From positions 24,591,260 through 24,624,499 of the forward strand of contig NC_068988.1 of the NCBI RefSeq assembly GCF_001194135.2: a stretch of 33,240 nt of DNA. Reading direction: 5' to 3'. The position numbers and the translations under genes are program-made. This document shows, in pieces, positions 32,420-33,240 of the stretch (the first letter of the stretch is position 1; each line of letters starts with the position of its first letter). The notes below the pieces were generated by a model, which was not told the DNA's origin, made no database searches, and worked only from the letters and a program-made list of their open reading frames with translations. The stretch comes from Octopus bimaculoides. Lineage: Eukaryota.

Positions 32420-33205
32420 GCAACAAAGTGGAAAGAAGAGTACTCAAATACCAGAGGTAGAGTAATATGCTTTATTTAAAAGCGCCAGAAATATAACATA
32501 CATACATACATGCATACATACATACATACATACATATATTCATATGCATATATATGTGTACATATATATATATATACGTATATATTTGTATACATACATA
32601 CACATATTGACCATATTGACAAATACATGTATATTAAATACTATACAATATGAATTCTGGGTTTGTTAAAGCTATCTCCGACTCTAGATGTGCCGTAATT
32701 ACCAAATAGCAATTAAGTCAAAATCAACTTGAGGAGGAGAGATACCTTCGTCATGCAGTTAACAAAAAGACAGGCTAATAATTTGGAGATACGAGGCCAG
32801 TCTTGGACACGAGTTTCTGGGTCAAGAGCCGTTATCAACACGACAAATGTCCAACTTCATTTCCAATTGCCAACGTACTTTTATGCGAAAAAAGATATGC
32901 ATACGTACATACGTAAAGATCTGTAGAAAATTTCCAGACGTTAATCGTTTAAGTATACGTGGGCGTGGCTACATATGCAACTATATGCATGAAAAAATAT
33001 ATATAAAACAAAACATACAAATCTACAAGCATACATACATACATACATATATACAAAAATACTCTGTTGGTGTTGAAATTCCAATGAAGGTTATAACTGG
33101 CCCTTTCTATGTTGGCAAGAAATCTTGAAATAAAACTGAATAATGACATATATACATACATGCATACACACATACATATATATTCTGCCATATACATACA
33201 TACAT

Positions 33206-33240
<35 letters not shown>

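Noticed and set aside
6962-32479. Long ORFs containing X runs or HT/YI/CV repeats
   Set aside because: Produced by N gaps and dinucleotide microsatellites.

Overview
AT-rich, repeat-dense eukaryotic DNA with seven N gaps and no host-gene exon I can support. The SINE families and the (TA)/(CA)/(TATG) microsatellite load point to an octopus genome, which is my inference from recalled repeat sequences. Recognisable content: many copies of three tRNA-headed SINE families (labelled A, B and C here), two TA-flanked Tc1/mariner MITEs, a decayed Tc1 transposase N-terminus, and a decayed gag-like (CCHC) LINE ORF1. One MITE has 37-bp TIRs, an 8-bp TSD and a central telomere-repeat palindrome. The most interesting signal is a set of minimal type-I hammerhead ribozyme motifs with palindromic or loopless stem III, the form known from Penelope-like elements. 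Two are nearly complete (7409-7456 minus, 31623-31657 plus); the others are relics, including a tandem pair and an inverted, two-strand pair. Almost all ORFs in the supplied track are artefacts of SINEs, microsatellites or N runs.
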